30,462 nucleotides of DNA from Ginkgo biloba (taxonomy: Eukaryota; Plantae; Ginkgophyta), in the NCBI GenBank assembly GCA_024626585.2, contig JANKJI020000002.1:53904085-53934546 (forward strand). Reading direction: 5' to 3'. The notes under the pieces were generated by a model. That model searched no databases and was not told the DNA's origin. It saw nothing but the letters and a program-made list of their open reading frames with translations. The position numbers and the translations under genes were made by a program. Position 1 is the stretch's first letter. Every line of letters begins with the position of its first letter. This document shows positions 11,205 through 23,027 of this stretch, in pieces.

Positions 11205-12586
11205 NNNNNNNNNNNNNNNNNNNNNNNNNNNNNNNNNNNNNNNNNNNNNNNNNNNNNNNNNNNNNNNNNNNNNNNNNNNNNNNNNNNNNNNNNNNNNNNN
11301 NNNNATTAGTTGTGTGGAGGGTCCTTCGGTGGTTTAAAAGGTCCAATATACTATGAACCTTATGCAAACAGAGTTGAAGAGATTTTGAAACTCTCATGAT
11401 TCTCGTACTAGTATAATGGTTGATTAGCTAAGGTAATGAGTCAAATTCTATTTATTTTTTCACACAATCTGGGGGGGTGGGTTGTTATTGGGTGCGTGTG
11501 TTTGCAAACTGCAAGCTATTATCTCCATAAGTTGTTAATAATAAGTCAAATGTGNNNNNNNNNNNNNNNNNNNNNNNNNNNNNNNNNNNNNNNNNNNNNN
11601 NNNNNNNNNGCTTGAAGATATTGTGGAGATTTAAAACACTGAAGAAACTATGAAAGAAAGTTTGAAGTTTGGAGAAGATAAAAATTAGAGCCCTAGAGAA
11701 CTGTTGAAGAGATTAAAATTAGTATATTGTTATTGCAGAACAAAGAAGTAGAGTTTGAAGAATCAAAATCCTAAAGGAGATTGTGATGAATCCATGACTT
11801 GCTGCAGTTGTAGATTGGAGATTAGAGAAGAAGAATTTTTTAAGAGAGAAAGTTGTGAAATGTCTTTGTTGTCGGAAGTTTAAATGCCCAAAATAGATTT
11901 GCGATTAGCACTCTCGACTTTTTTTTGAATGTTCTCCATGGAAGGTAAAAGATAGGAGGGCTATTGACAGTTGGCAAAAAGTTCGTTACCAATAGCAAAG
12001 TACTTTTAATGGGTGAATGTTGTCATTAACCCAACCCTCCGGTTGGAAGAAATGGCCTACAATTCACTGTTATCAACTCTGACAATAACTTCAATTTAAA
12101 AAATTTTGAAATCTTTGAGCACCCGATGGTCTGCGTGAAAAATCCTCGTTTTTTTATGTTGTTATTCTTCAGCAAATTTAACACTTGATCTGTAGGGGCT
12201 AAATTGTCTCCATTCATTCCATAAAATTTTTAGCGTGTGCATTACAAAGAAAAAATCGTAAATTAAAAGTATAAGTGCATGAAATAAAATATGCAGTAGC
12301 TATTACCCTCCATTTTAACCCCCCACTGCCGGAAAAAAAAAGACGAACAATTCACCTACGAATATCGAGCAAACAATAACAGTTTTTGCCTTCGGTGGAC
12401 ACTAAATCATATCTAATTTCTTCTCCAAACCCCATAATTATAATTACATAACCTTTACGCACAATGTGGGCTATGATTCCAAAAATAATTGACAGAGTTT
12501 ATATCATAAAATGAACCAAAACAGTTTTCCTCTTTAATCCCTAAAATTAAATCCCCCTTTGTACAGAAGAGGATGGTAATCGTCAA

Positions 12587-13836
12587 TCAAATGCCATTGA
12601 ATGTTGGAATTGATATAGGCATGTTTGCTAAATTTGTAGTTGCACGTAGCTCCTTCCATTGCTCAGAACCTGCACCAGAACTCTATAATCTATCTATTCC
12701 TTTTGCCTAAAAGATATATTATAATTATTGCTTTCGGGAACCAGTTGGGCCATGATATTTACCCGTAGTTGATTTGCCAAATTGACGATAAAAGCGTTGG
12801 GTATGGGCTATGATGACATTTGGATCCGAACATAGGGCAAGCCCATATAATATCTGGATTTGGGCGTGTAGGATAATANNNNNNNNNNNNNNNNNNNNNN
12901 NNNNNNNNNNNNNNNNNNNNNNNNNNNNNNNNNNNNNNNNNNNNNNNNNNNNNNNNNNNNNNNNNNNNNNNNNNNNNNTTTTGTTTTGCCTATTGTTCAA
13001 TATAGTATCAGACCAATTTTGATAACTCACATGTGGTATTAGAGCTGAGGGTTCTAATTCTTAGCCCAATTCATAACTCAAGGAGGTCAGTTGTGTGCAT
13101 GAACTCAGTGGAGAAATTATCGTTGTTGCAAACAGAACGTGTGGAGAACGTAGCATGTTTGAGAAGCCACATCCGTGGAGAATTCAGAGAAGCGTTTGTT
13201 GTGAAGCAGTCAATTGTGGAGAATTTTGAACATTTGTGCAATGGTTGTTAGGTGAGTTTGGGAGCAATGTTGTATGAATTAGTGTTGTATGCTATTTGTA
13301 GAGATAGCTTGTGGAGCAGTGTGGCACGAGAGAATTGAGGGAGAAACCCTGGTGGAAAGTCATTGAATGTGGAAGTTGATCGTGGGCTCGTGGTGCTGAT
13401 TGTGAAGTCGTGGAGGAGATAAATGACGAGCAAATTGCTCGTTTGTGAAGCAATACTGTTTGAAAACTTGAACACAACCTTGAAGAAGAACCTACCACTA
13501 TTTGGAAACCCTAGGGAGACGCCCAATTGTGGAGAACGTTGAGCAACGTGGGACTGTTCATAATCGAATCGCTGAAGGACACTGTGAGGTGTTTTTGTGA
13601 GGCACAACGAGGATGTAGCAGATGCTAGCCATGGGAGGAAGTGCTACTGTGGACGTAGGGTCGTGAAGTCGTATGAACAGAGACTGGTCATCGAGTGATC
13701 GTCGGGCTAGAAAGACATTGTAGACATCAGAGAGAGACACACTATACAAGTCGTGAGATAAAGCTAGAGAGGATAAAATATTGAGCACATCGATTTGAAG
13801 TTGCAGAGGGTTGACGCTAGTTGTGGAGGCCATCAT
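12587..13836 (-). other. Candidate unclassified spliced gene or pseudogene in a CpG-retaining island
   Basis: It has an ATG at 13836, overlapping ORFs 13836-13558 and 13643-13248, a GTGAGT donor at 13030, and a 93-nt GT-AG intron (12762-12670) that joins open frames to a TGA at 12589-12587. I recognise no homology. Confidence 0.3.
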
Positions 13837-14439
13837 CCCAACATTTGAATCAATTTGAAATTTGGAATCAGAATCGACAATTGGACGCGTAATCGTTGTT
13901 TTAAAAAAAAATAAAAAATATCCTAAGTTATAAACATTAGATAAACAAATTATTAAAAGGTGCTTAGGAGCTAAAAGGTTAGGGTTACATGCTTAGAAGG
14001 GGCTAACCTCATTCGTAGGGTCATTAACTGTCTAAATTAAGTTATGAAAACAAGACTAAGTCTAGTTTTTTATGTTCTTTCTGTTGAAAGAGATCGTATG
14101 ATTGAATTTCAACATCTTGCATGATGATGGATGAACTATTCATTTAACTGTCAGCCACTTATGTGTTGACTGAGGTGTTTGAAGTAATTTCGGCACCCTG
14201 TGAGGTGATTGAAGAGACTAAATTTGAAAAAGTAATAAAATATTATTTTTTGTTGTGTGGCGAGGTTGTTTTACGCCCACAATGGTGTGGTTTGTGATTT
14301 TGTGGTGTGGTATTTTTATTTTGTGCTCATATTTTTCTAGTTTTAAAAAATGGAAATCATGAATGCAGTAGAAGATTATGCCTCTTGTAAGAATTCCTTT
14401 ATTCCTATGATAAATATTGATCTAACTAAACAAAATATT

Positions 14440-14931
14440 TAGTGGGCGTGTTTGAGGGGGATAAAATATACCTAGGTGTTAGAATTGTCAGAAGCAAGGG
14501 AATATGAGGAGATATTGTCATAAGTTTCCATGGAAAAAGAAGAAATAATAGAAGTAGATGAAGCATATAGGTAAGTTTGGGACTCAATGATATGTTAAAG
14601 ATAATAAAAGGAAGATAACATCATATCAGGCGAGGATTAATTTGTATTACGCATGGTACACTAATTTTGGAATAACCAAACATATGTTTGGGAGATTGAA
14701 AAGGTTCAAGCATATGTTGGAGGCAATAGGTAAAACAATGATATTGGGTAATGGAATGATACTAAATTCATAATAAATTATTCAGGTCCCCATAATCATG
14801 CCAAATAGAGAGGAAGGAACATATATAGATGATGTTATCTATGTACCTAGTTTGAGGTATAACCTTATCTCTATAGTGCATATTGAATAATATAATATGA
14901 GTGTTCTTTTTTAACATGGAAAATGCACTAT
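14440..14931 (+). mobile_element. Ty1/copia gag zinc knuckle and protease remnant
   Basis: C*NCQKQGNMRRYC (14477-14518) is a degenerate CX2CX4HX4C. WYTNFGITKHMFG from 14654 is a degenerate WxxDSGAxxHM, followed by MILGNG and DDVIYVPSLRYNLISI. It runs into an N gap. Confidence 0.85.
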
Positions 14932-15299
14932 NNNNNNNNNNNNNNNNNNNNNNNNNNNNNNNNNNNNNNNNNNNNNNNNNNNNNNNNNNNNNNNNNNNNN
15001 NNNNNNNNNNNNNNNNNNNNNNNNNNNNNNNCCCCTTCTCCCTCCAACTGGCCATTTGGCCATTTCCTCTATAATGCGGATGGCGCAGGTAGACGCATAC
15101 TGCTATTATTGTTATTTCCATACTGCTTGGTAATCACTTTGAATCCTAATACTCGTCGACCTAAGAAATCCACACAAAATAGAAACGAAGGAGGTAGAAA
15201 TAGACTCCAACCAAGAAAACCACACCAGTGGTCCCTCCAAATAAAATTATAGGATGATAATTAGACTAGAGAAACATACAAAAAAACCCTTTAGTAAGT

Positions 15300-16032
15300 C
15301 AATAAGAGAATCAATGTCGAACTAAAGGAGAGCCATCAACCAGGTGTAGAGATTTTGATGCTATCACCATAGCTCCTGGTAAATACTTCCATACACTATA
15401 GCTACAAACTCTAGAGAGATCACAAAGATAAAAAATAATTAGAGGCATAAATGGACTCTAGGGAAGAAAACCACACCCCTGAGAACCCCCCAAGCATAAC
15501 CACATTATGTTAAATGAGAAAAAAATTGGGTCTCAACCATAACTCACATGTTTAGGCCAAAGATATTAGTACCCATACAAAGAAACTAGAGAGAACCCAT
15601 CAATATAAAAGTACATAAGAAGGCCAGGGCAAAGACTAGGTTAAGATTAAATGAATAAATGTAGACTTATATGAAGCACCGGGTAAAAAAGGGATGCCAC
15701 AAAATCTGCCATAATTCTTGGATAGGATTCATTATGACCAGAGTTACCATCCTTCCCAAGATAAACAACTTGAGTCATAGGGCATCAAAGGTAGAATGGG
15801 GTCCAAGGCAAATCCCTAAACAGAGGGCCATCCATACATAGTTATGCCATGCTAATCAAAATGTTGTATTAATACAGAAAACTAAAATAACATCTTTCAC
15901 CAAGGCTAATAATGTTATCAAAATCAATATGAAGAGATAGGAGAGCTGGGAGAATCTCGATTAGACTCAATGATCCCTAGAAGAAAATTAGAACTCATTG
16001 GCAAAGGTTTTTAGAATGAGATGGAGCAAGAG
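15300..16032 (-). mobile_element. Possible L1 LINE ORF1 (DUF4283-like) remnant
   Basis: Decayed minus-strand peptides MDGPLFRDLPWTPFY and IHLILT*SLPW resemble the DG..L...W.P.F and V.IDL..PLP motifs in the expected order. There are many stops. Confidence 0.3.
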
Positions 16033-16132
16033 NNNNNNNNNNNNNNNNNNNNNNNNNNNNNNNNNNNNNNNNNNNNNNNNNNNNNNNNNNNNNNNNNNNN
16101 NNNNNNNNNNNNNNNNNNNNNNNNNNNNNNNN

Positions 16133-18396
16133 TAGTTGTTGCACTTGCCTATTTATTTCTTCACAGTCTTACAAACTTAACCTGTATGCTACTTGGTTCA
16201 ACATATCCAATCCTAAAATCAAATCAATTTGATGGGTAATTCCTCTATCAGGTGTTAAAATTGTTGGTAGTTATTTTTGTATGACATCCATGTATTCCCA
16301 TAACAATATCTTTACCTTGGTTAGCACTTGACTTTATCTTTCCTCGTCTACCTTCTTTGCCACTAATACATAGCATGCATTAGTGACTTCTACATTCTTG
16401 TCAATATGATTATTGGTGATGGTTCTTCCTCTTCTAGTGGGAACAACTCATATCTCTTCCTTTCTTTGGTGAGGGTATAGGTGTTCTTCCTTCTATCATG
16501 CATCACTTGCCAATCATATTGTCATATTCATCCTAATAAAAAATGATAACCATCCATTAGTACAACATCGTATCACACCTAGTCTTTATAGATACCAAGT
16601 TGGAATGCTACAAGGCACTTCTCTTTAACTATGATTTCTCCTCCCTTCTTAAACCATGATATTTGATAAGGTGTTTTATGTCTCTAGCACAGTATTCCCA
16701 GCTTCTATACCATCTCCATAGAAACCATATTCTCATAACTTCCTTTTTCAATGATCACCTTGAGGATCTTGCCTTTGGACTGGCATCTAGTCGTAAAGAT
16801 TCTATTTCATTATTTTACTTATTTAGTTACTGTTGATTTTAAATTGTTTATCGATCCTCTTGATCCTGACATTAACAACATCAAATATGCTATCTAACTC
16901 TATAGATTCTTCTCAACCATGTTGTCTATATTTTCTTCCCTATGGGCTATATTTACTTTTATTGTCTCCCTTATAGATCTATACTCTCTTCTGGAAGGAC
17001 ATTCAAATGCTCTATGACCCGCTCCCCCACATATAAAATAAATTATGGGTCTTATCGACACTTTAAATCCTTATCCAACTCCTCATCCTCTCTAGTTCAC
17101 AAATTCATCTCAACTTCTTGTCTAATGAACAGGGACTTCTCCTCTCGATCTCAATNNNNNNNNNNNNNNNNNNNNNNNNNNNNNNNNNCCCTTGTTTAGA
17201 GCTATTCTCTCTACCACATATCTAGGTTCTTCTCCTCTATTTTTGAATTGGGAATTTTTCTTATTGAGGGAATGGTCTCTTCATCACATTTTAGCTTAGC
17301 TCCTCTTCAACGTTTAATGTTATTTGATAAGCCTCCTATATTGTATTCATCATTTATATGTAAACTTCATCTTGTATGGTGAAGTTCAGACCATTTACGT
17401 ATCTTATCGTCAACTATACTTTTGCTTCATCAATTTCACTTCTAATCAATATCTTATAAAATTCATTGGTATATTCTTATACACTCTTATTCTTTTTCCT
17501 CAGATTTTGGAAGTCTCAAAACCATCTTTGTCTATAATCTACAGGAAGAATTTCCCTTTGATTTTAGCCACCATCTTATTCCACATGTGGATCTTCTTCT
17601 TATTCTTTTGTACCCTTTCTTTCTACAAATTCTCCCACCATAGAGAAATGTGCCCTTTCAAGTTGGTACATGCAAATTTTAATTTATTAAGACATTATAT
17701 ATCCTCCTATTTGAAGTATTTCTCTATGAATCATATCCAATCCAATAAATCTTTTGGCATTAGGCTCCCTCCAAATCTTGGTACTTCTAGACTTGCTCCA
17801 CTTTGGTTCTTCTTCAGCAACCTTGTTAATAGATCTTCTAGTTCTTTCTCTTAACATTATTGTTTCTCTCCATGTGGTTATTACTCATCATCACTTTTGA
17901 TTCTATATCTTTGTAGCTCATTTTTGAATTCTTCAACTTTATTCACTAGAGCTTCCACCACATAATTAGTCATCCTACCACCTTTGACTATTCTTGGTGC
18001 CGTTATTTTAAAACCCATCACTCCGCATAATAATAATCTCATAGAGGGATTTCACAAAGTGAGTTTTCTCCTTACTCTGATCTATGCTTTGACACTAGAT
18101 GGTACCACTCTCACTAACATTTAGGCTTCATAATAATTTCTCTAATGATATTTCACTATCTCCTTCATCGCCATAACTTCTTCCATAAGATCTCACCAAA
18201 GTTATGATACCAACATCACCACTTCTACTAATGAGCTCTTATTTAGGTATGATACCAACTGATGCAACCACCTAGAATCCATCTCTCTAATACCAGATGG
18301 TTCATCCTAGATCCCAGGCACTCTAATATCCTCTCCTCATGATTATATGTTCACATAATTAAAAATATAATAAATAAATGCATAGATGCAAAATCT
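16133..18396 (-). mobile_element. CRM-like Ty3/gypsy element 5' half: LTR end, PBS, gag, protease and start of RT region, degenerate
   Basis: LTR end CATCA (18260-18264) and PBS TGGTATCA (18250-18257). Gag reads LLDWI*FIEKYFK..KFACTNLKGHISLWWE..WNKMVAKIKGKF, protease reads IFTTRCQSKGKILKVIIEKGSYENMVS..HKTPYQISW, and RGITHQIDLI..EEINRQVQQL precedes the gap. Confidence 0.9.
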
Positions 18397-19599
18397 NNNN
18401 NNNNNNNNNNNNNNNNNNNNNNNNNNNNNNNNNNNNNNNNNNNNNNNNNNNNNNNNNNNNNNNNNNNNNNNNNNNNNNNNNNNNNNNNNNNNNNNNNNNN
18501 NNNNNNNNNNNNNNNNNNNNNNNNNNNNNNNNNNNNNNNNNNNNNNNNNNNNNNNNNNNNNNNNNNNNNNNNNNNNNNNNNNNNNNNNNNNNNNNNNNNN
18601 NNNNNNNNNNNNNNNNNNNNNNNNNNNNNNNNNNNNNNNNNNNNNNNNNNNNNNNNNNNNNNNNNNNNNNNNNNNNNNNNNNNNNNNNNNNNNNNNNNNN
18701 NNNNNNNNNNNNNNNNNNNNNNNNNNNNNNNNNNNNNNNNNNNNNNNNNNNNNNNNNNNNNNNNNNNNNNNNNNNNNNNNNNNNNNNNNNNNNNNNNNNN
18801 NNNNNNNNNNNNNNNNNNNNNNNNNNNNNNNNNNNNNNNNNNNNNNNNNNNCCTTTCCTCCAACTCTCCCTTAGTTTATCATCTTTGTCACTCTCCTAAA
18901 GGCTTCTTCCCTTCTTTTTTGTTCACTATAAAATTACCTCACAATTGATGATCTACTCATATTCTTTCTTTTATTGCACTGTGATTGCTTCAGGGTCGAT
19001 GATTTGTCATATTATTCTTCCTTTGTGTTGACTTATTCCTTCTATTTTTCTCTTCTCTTCCTTTCCTTATTCTTTCTCTCACTTTCCTCTAGTTCTCCTC
19101 CACTATCTTCCCCCTCTTCTNNNNNNNNNNNNNNNNNNNNNNNNTCCTTTCATTTTTTTGCACTTATATGTACTACCAACTCTCTATGCCAATGTCTCTA
19201 CCCTAATGTTATGATTAGTGATCTTAATTAAGATTTCCAAATATCTCTTATCCCTTAATACACTACAACATCTCCATTCTTCCCTTTGCACCTCCTCCCT
19301 TCAGCTCTCTGGTGTGATCTGCTTTGTGCTTCCAAAGAGCATACTATTGTTGGAGTAATTATGGTTGATCCTTGCCTAAGGGATCTTAGATATTATTCAT
19401 TTATAATTTGAGGGATTTGAATCTTTGCTTGATCTCCTCCTCAAATCTATATGTATGGCATCATCTAGATGTGATTATTATTGTTGAGTTGGTATATAGT
19501 TCTAATGATGTGATCTTCCCTTCATTAGAATTAATTTCTCATTTTGTTTATATGGGGTGTGAATAATGAATGTGTTCATCCTTCTCGATATTTAAACTC

Positions 19600-20230
19600 T
19601 TTAGTTTCTTTCCTCTTCCTCATCCTTTGCACCATGTGAGTGACATGGGTCCCTCCACTTCAAGCTTTCTTCCTTTGGGGGTTTATTGTCCATGGGCGAT
19701 TATAGAGCAATTACAAATATCCAAAATCCAAAGTTTGATAAAATCTTTCTATTCCACATGGATGTGACATATTCTATCATATTTCCCCTATTGCTTATTT
19801 TGGGTGCACACCTAATCAACAAATCTTGACCTTCCTCTCTCCTTGTTGGGTTATTCCCATCAAGAACTTTCCAATACACACATCCTTTCTCTACTCAATA
19901 TTTCCTGAATGCCAAAATATTAATAATATGGGTTATACGTGAGGCCTCCTTCATCAACTACTTTGCAAACTTAACTTAGGTCTGCAGGTCATGAACAACT
20001 TATAAGATTTCACCTTTCCTTCTGAAACTCAATTTCTAATCAATACTCCTCATATGAGTCTACATGCACGACGCCTTTACTTCATTGGTTTAGATTCTTG
20101 GTTTGGGTTCGTAAGACATCCATCAAAAATTTATTAACAAAACCCTAACCCTCTAAAATCCCAAAGGTCTGAATACTTATTCCTCTATCAAAACTTGACA
20201 AAACTCACACTCCTCTTAGTTTTGTGGGGA
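19600..20230 (-). mobile_element. Possible L1 LINE ORF1 remnant
   Basis: Frameshifted minus-strand peptides IGKFLM, GRSRFVD*VC and FYQTLDF occur in the order expected for the plant L1 ORF1 segment before the zinc knuckle. It is heavily decayed. Confidence 0.3.
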
Positions 20231-21448
20231 TGCTCCTACATCATAATCCTATGAAAGAACTATTCATATTTATTATTATTTATGATATTAATTTCTATTT
20301 ATGATTTTCTCTCACTTTTATAGCTCAATATATTGGATCTTATCATGGATACCAATTTAAGATAGAGGGTGTGCAAAGGCATGTTTTTATTCTCAACATA
20401 CCTAGTTTAGTATGTATGCATTCATAGGTTAATGGAAGTGTGCATAGGCATATTTTATTTTAGAGATTCTATGTTATTATGTTCATACTATTGCCTTCTC
20501 ATAAAAGAATACATAGGNNNNNNNNNNNNNNNNNNNNNNNNNNNNNNNNNNNNNNNNNNNNNNNNNNNNNNNNNNNNNNNNNNNNNNNNNNNNNNNNNNN
20601 NNNNNNNNNNNNNNNNNCCCTTTGGTCATAGCCCCCAATAGACTTGACTCCATAGAACCATGTGCTAGCCCCCTCCTAGTTAGGATGGCACATCAAGACT
20701 TCCTTTAGAATGTTCAAATTATAACTTATGTTGATTTCAAACATGGTATCAATGGTATTTTCAAGGTAGTATGAGTAGAATGGATAGAATTGGAAAGAAA
20801 TAAAAAAGGGAGGAAGATTAGAGGCGAGAGTTGCACACTTCCTTACTACTTGATATGTACCACTCTCAACTAGATGTAATTTTTTGTGAAGTAATGGTTA
20901 GACTTGATAGATAATGAGAGTTCTAAGAAAAGCCTCCCTTGATAATGTTCATATATTATCTTGGAGTAATGATAACCAAGGTCCAGATAATCTGAGAGAA
21001 AGCCATTAAAGAAGGAGGGGATTAAATTTGTATCATAGACTAATTATAGTTAGGATATGTGGTATGTGTCTCCATCCATCATTAGGGATATATTATAGAA
21101 GTACTAAGCAGGGTGACAATGATTTGACAGAGAATAAGGAATGAATAACTTGGTGTATGAACTTGCATGCTCTAAATAGTAGAAGAACCCATTGACAATG
21201 ATCTATACAGAGATGATAAATGTTCAAATATTTAAATGGCCCAAATAATTGAATTTGGTTGGTGAGATAGGGAAATTTATCATGCCCTGACCACGTCAGT
21301 TTATAAACCAAATCTTTGTAAAATCTTGTTCATAAATAAAATAAAACTCTTACTATGAATTATTATCCTTCAAACATTTTTTTTTTACAAGTATATATAA
21401 TTGTATATCCATTTATATAATTTACAAGGAAATAATTTCTCTTATAAA

Positions 21449-22224
21449 TCACAAATAAAAATGCTTTAGATATTTCCTATTTATCAAAATAGGAATTAGG
21501 GTACCATCTTGTTGACTAATCCTGAAGACATTTTCACCCACCATTTCTATGATCAGTAGGGTCTCGTCTAAAGAGAATTGAATTTGTGATGAGTGTTAGG
21601 ATTCTCTTTAGCTTTTTTCCATATTAGGACCATATCACCTACTTGAAAACTCCTGGATTAAGTTTTCCTATCAAATATCCTTTTTACTTATTCCTAGTTT
21701 TCCTAAGAATATAAAGTTGCTTCTTCCTTTTTTTCCTCTAACTAGAGTAAGTTGAATAATCAGTGTTTAATTGTGTCTTTGCTTTTACCATTATCTATAT
21801 CTTTTAAGACCAATTGTATAACTAGGACCTAAATGATGATGGGTGATATGGTTTTTTTTTCATAAATTAGGTCATAAGGGGAACATCCCAATCTATTTTT
21901 TAGAGTGATTCTATTTTCCCATAGGGTATAATAGAGTTTAATGTGTTAATTATTTTGATTTTCTTGTATAATCCTTCTAATATTTTTTATGATATTCTTA
22001 TTTGTAGATTCAACCATCCCATTAACCTAAGGATATTAATTTGATGATAGACTCAAAATGATTCCATATGAATAGAAAAACTTAATGATCTATGTTAACA
22101 TAAATGCCTTCCCATTATCTAAACCAACTTGTTTGGCACTCCAAATCTCATCAAAATATTATGCTCCATGAACTTGATGACTTGTTATCATTCATCACCT
22201 TGGGATATGGACCTATCCTTCGCC
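21449..22224 (-). mobile_element. Tat/Ogre-type Ty3/gypsy integrase (core C-half and GPY/F tail), pseudogenised
   Basis: The minus strand gives VIKFMEHNILMRFGVP, LDNGKAF, SSN*YP*VNGMVESTNKNII, GCSPYDLIY and a terminal GENVFRISQQDGTLIPILINRKYLKHFYL* with the stop at 21449-21451. Confidence 0.9.
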
Positions 22225-23027
22225 NNNNNNNNNNNNNNNNNNNNNNNNNNNNNNNNNNNNNNNNNNNNNNNNNNNNNNNNNNNNNNNNNNNNNNNNNNNN
22301 NNNNNNNNNNNNNNNNNNNNNNNNNNNNNNNNNNNNNNNNNNNNNNNNNNNNNNNNNNNNNNNNNNNNNNNNNNNNNNNNNNNNNNNNNNNNNNNNNNNN
22401 NNNNNNNNNNNNNNNNNNNNNNNNNNNNNNNNNNNNNNNNNNNNNNNNNNNNNNNNNNNNNNNNNNNNNNNNNNNNNNNNNNNNNNNNNNNNNNNNNNNN
22501 NNNNNNNNNNNNNNNNNNNNNNNNNNNNNNNNNNNNNNNNNNNNNNNNNNNNNNNNNNNNNNNNNNNNNNNNNNNNNNNNNNNNNNNNNNNNNNNNNNNN
22601 NNNNNNNNNNNNNNNNNNNNNNNNNNNNNNNNNNNNNNNNNNNNNNNNNNNNNNNNNNNNNNNNNNNNNNNNNNNNNNNNNNNNNNNNNNNNNNNNNNNN
22701 NNNNNNNNNNNNNNNNNNNNNNNNNNNNNNNNNNNNNNNNNNNNNNNNNNNNNNNNNNNNNNNNNNNNNNNNNNNNNNNNNNNNNNNNNNNNNNNNNNNN
22801 NNNNNNNNNNNNNNNNNNNNNNNNNNNNNNNNNNNNNNNNNNNNNNNNNNNNNNNNNNNNNNNNNNNNNNNNNNNNNNNNNNNNNNNNNNNNNNNNNNNN
22901 NNNNNNNNNNNNNNNNNNNNNNNNNNNNNNNNNNNNNNNNNNNNNNNNNNNNNNNNNNNNNNNNNNNNNNNNNNNNNNNNNNNNNNNNNNNNNNNNNNNN
23001 NNNNNNNNNNNNNNNNNNNNNNNNNNA

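Noticed and set aside
12640-12670. AGCTCCTTCCATT resembling a miR159/319 star arm
   Set aside because: I found no complementary mature arm or long hairpin nearby.
13031-13046. PBS-like TGGTATTAGAGC after ACA on the + strand
   Set aside because: No gag follows and no LTR is evident. The copia remnant is about 1.4 kb away across unrelated DNA, and the site reads equally well as a minus-strand splice donor context. Left unresolved.
13105-13230. CRISPR-like spacing of short repeats (also 8363-8426)
   Set aside because: The repeats are only 8-10 bp, there are no cas genes, and the context is eukaryotic.
17324-17854. 176-aa hydrophobic + strand ORF
   Set aside because: It is the antisense shadow of the minus-strand gag.
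20345-20360. PBS-like TGGTATCC on the minus strand
   Set aside because: The match is short, there is no clean CA LTR end, and the downstream sequence is not recognisably gag.
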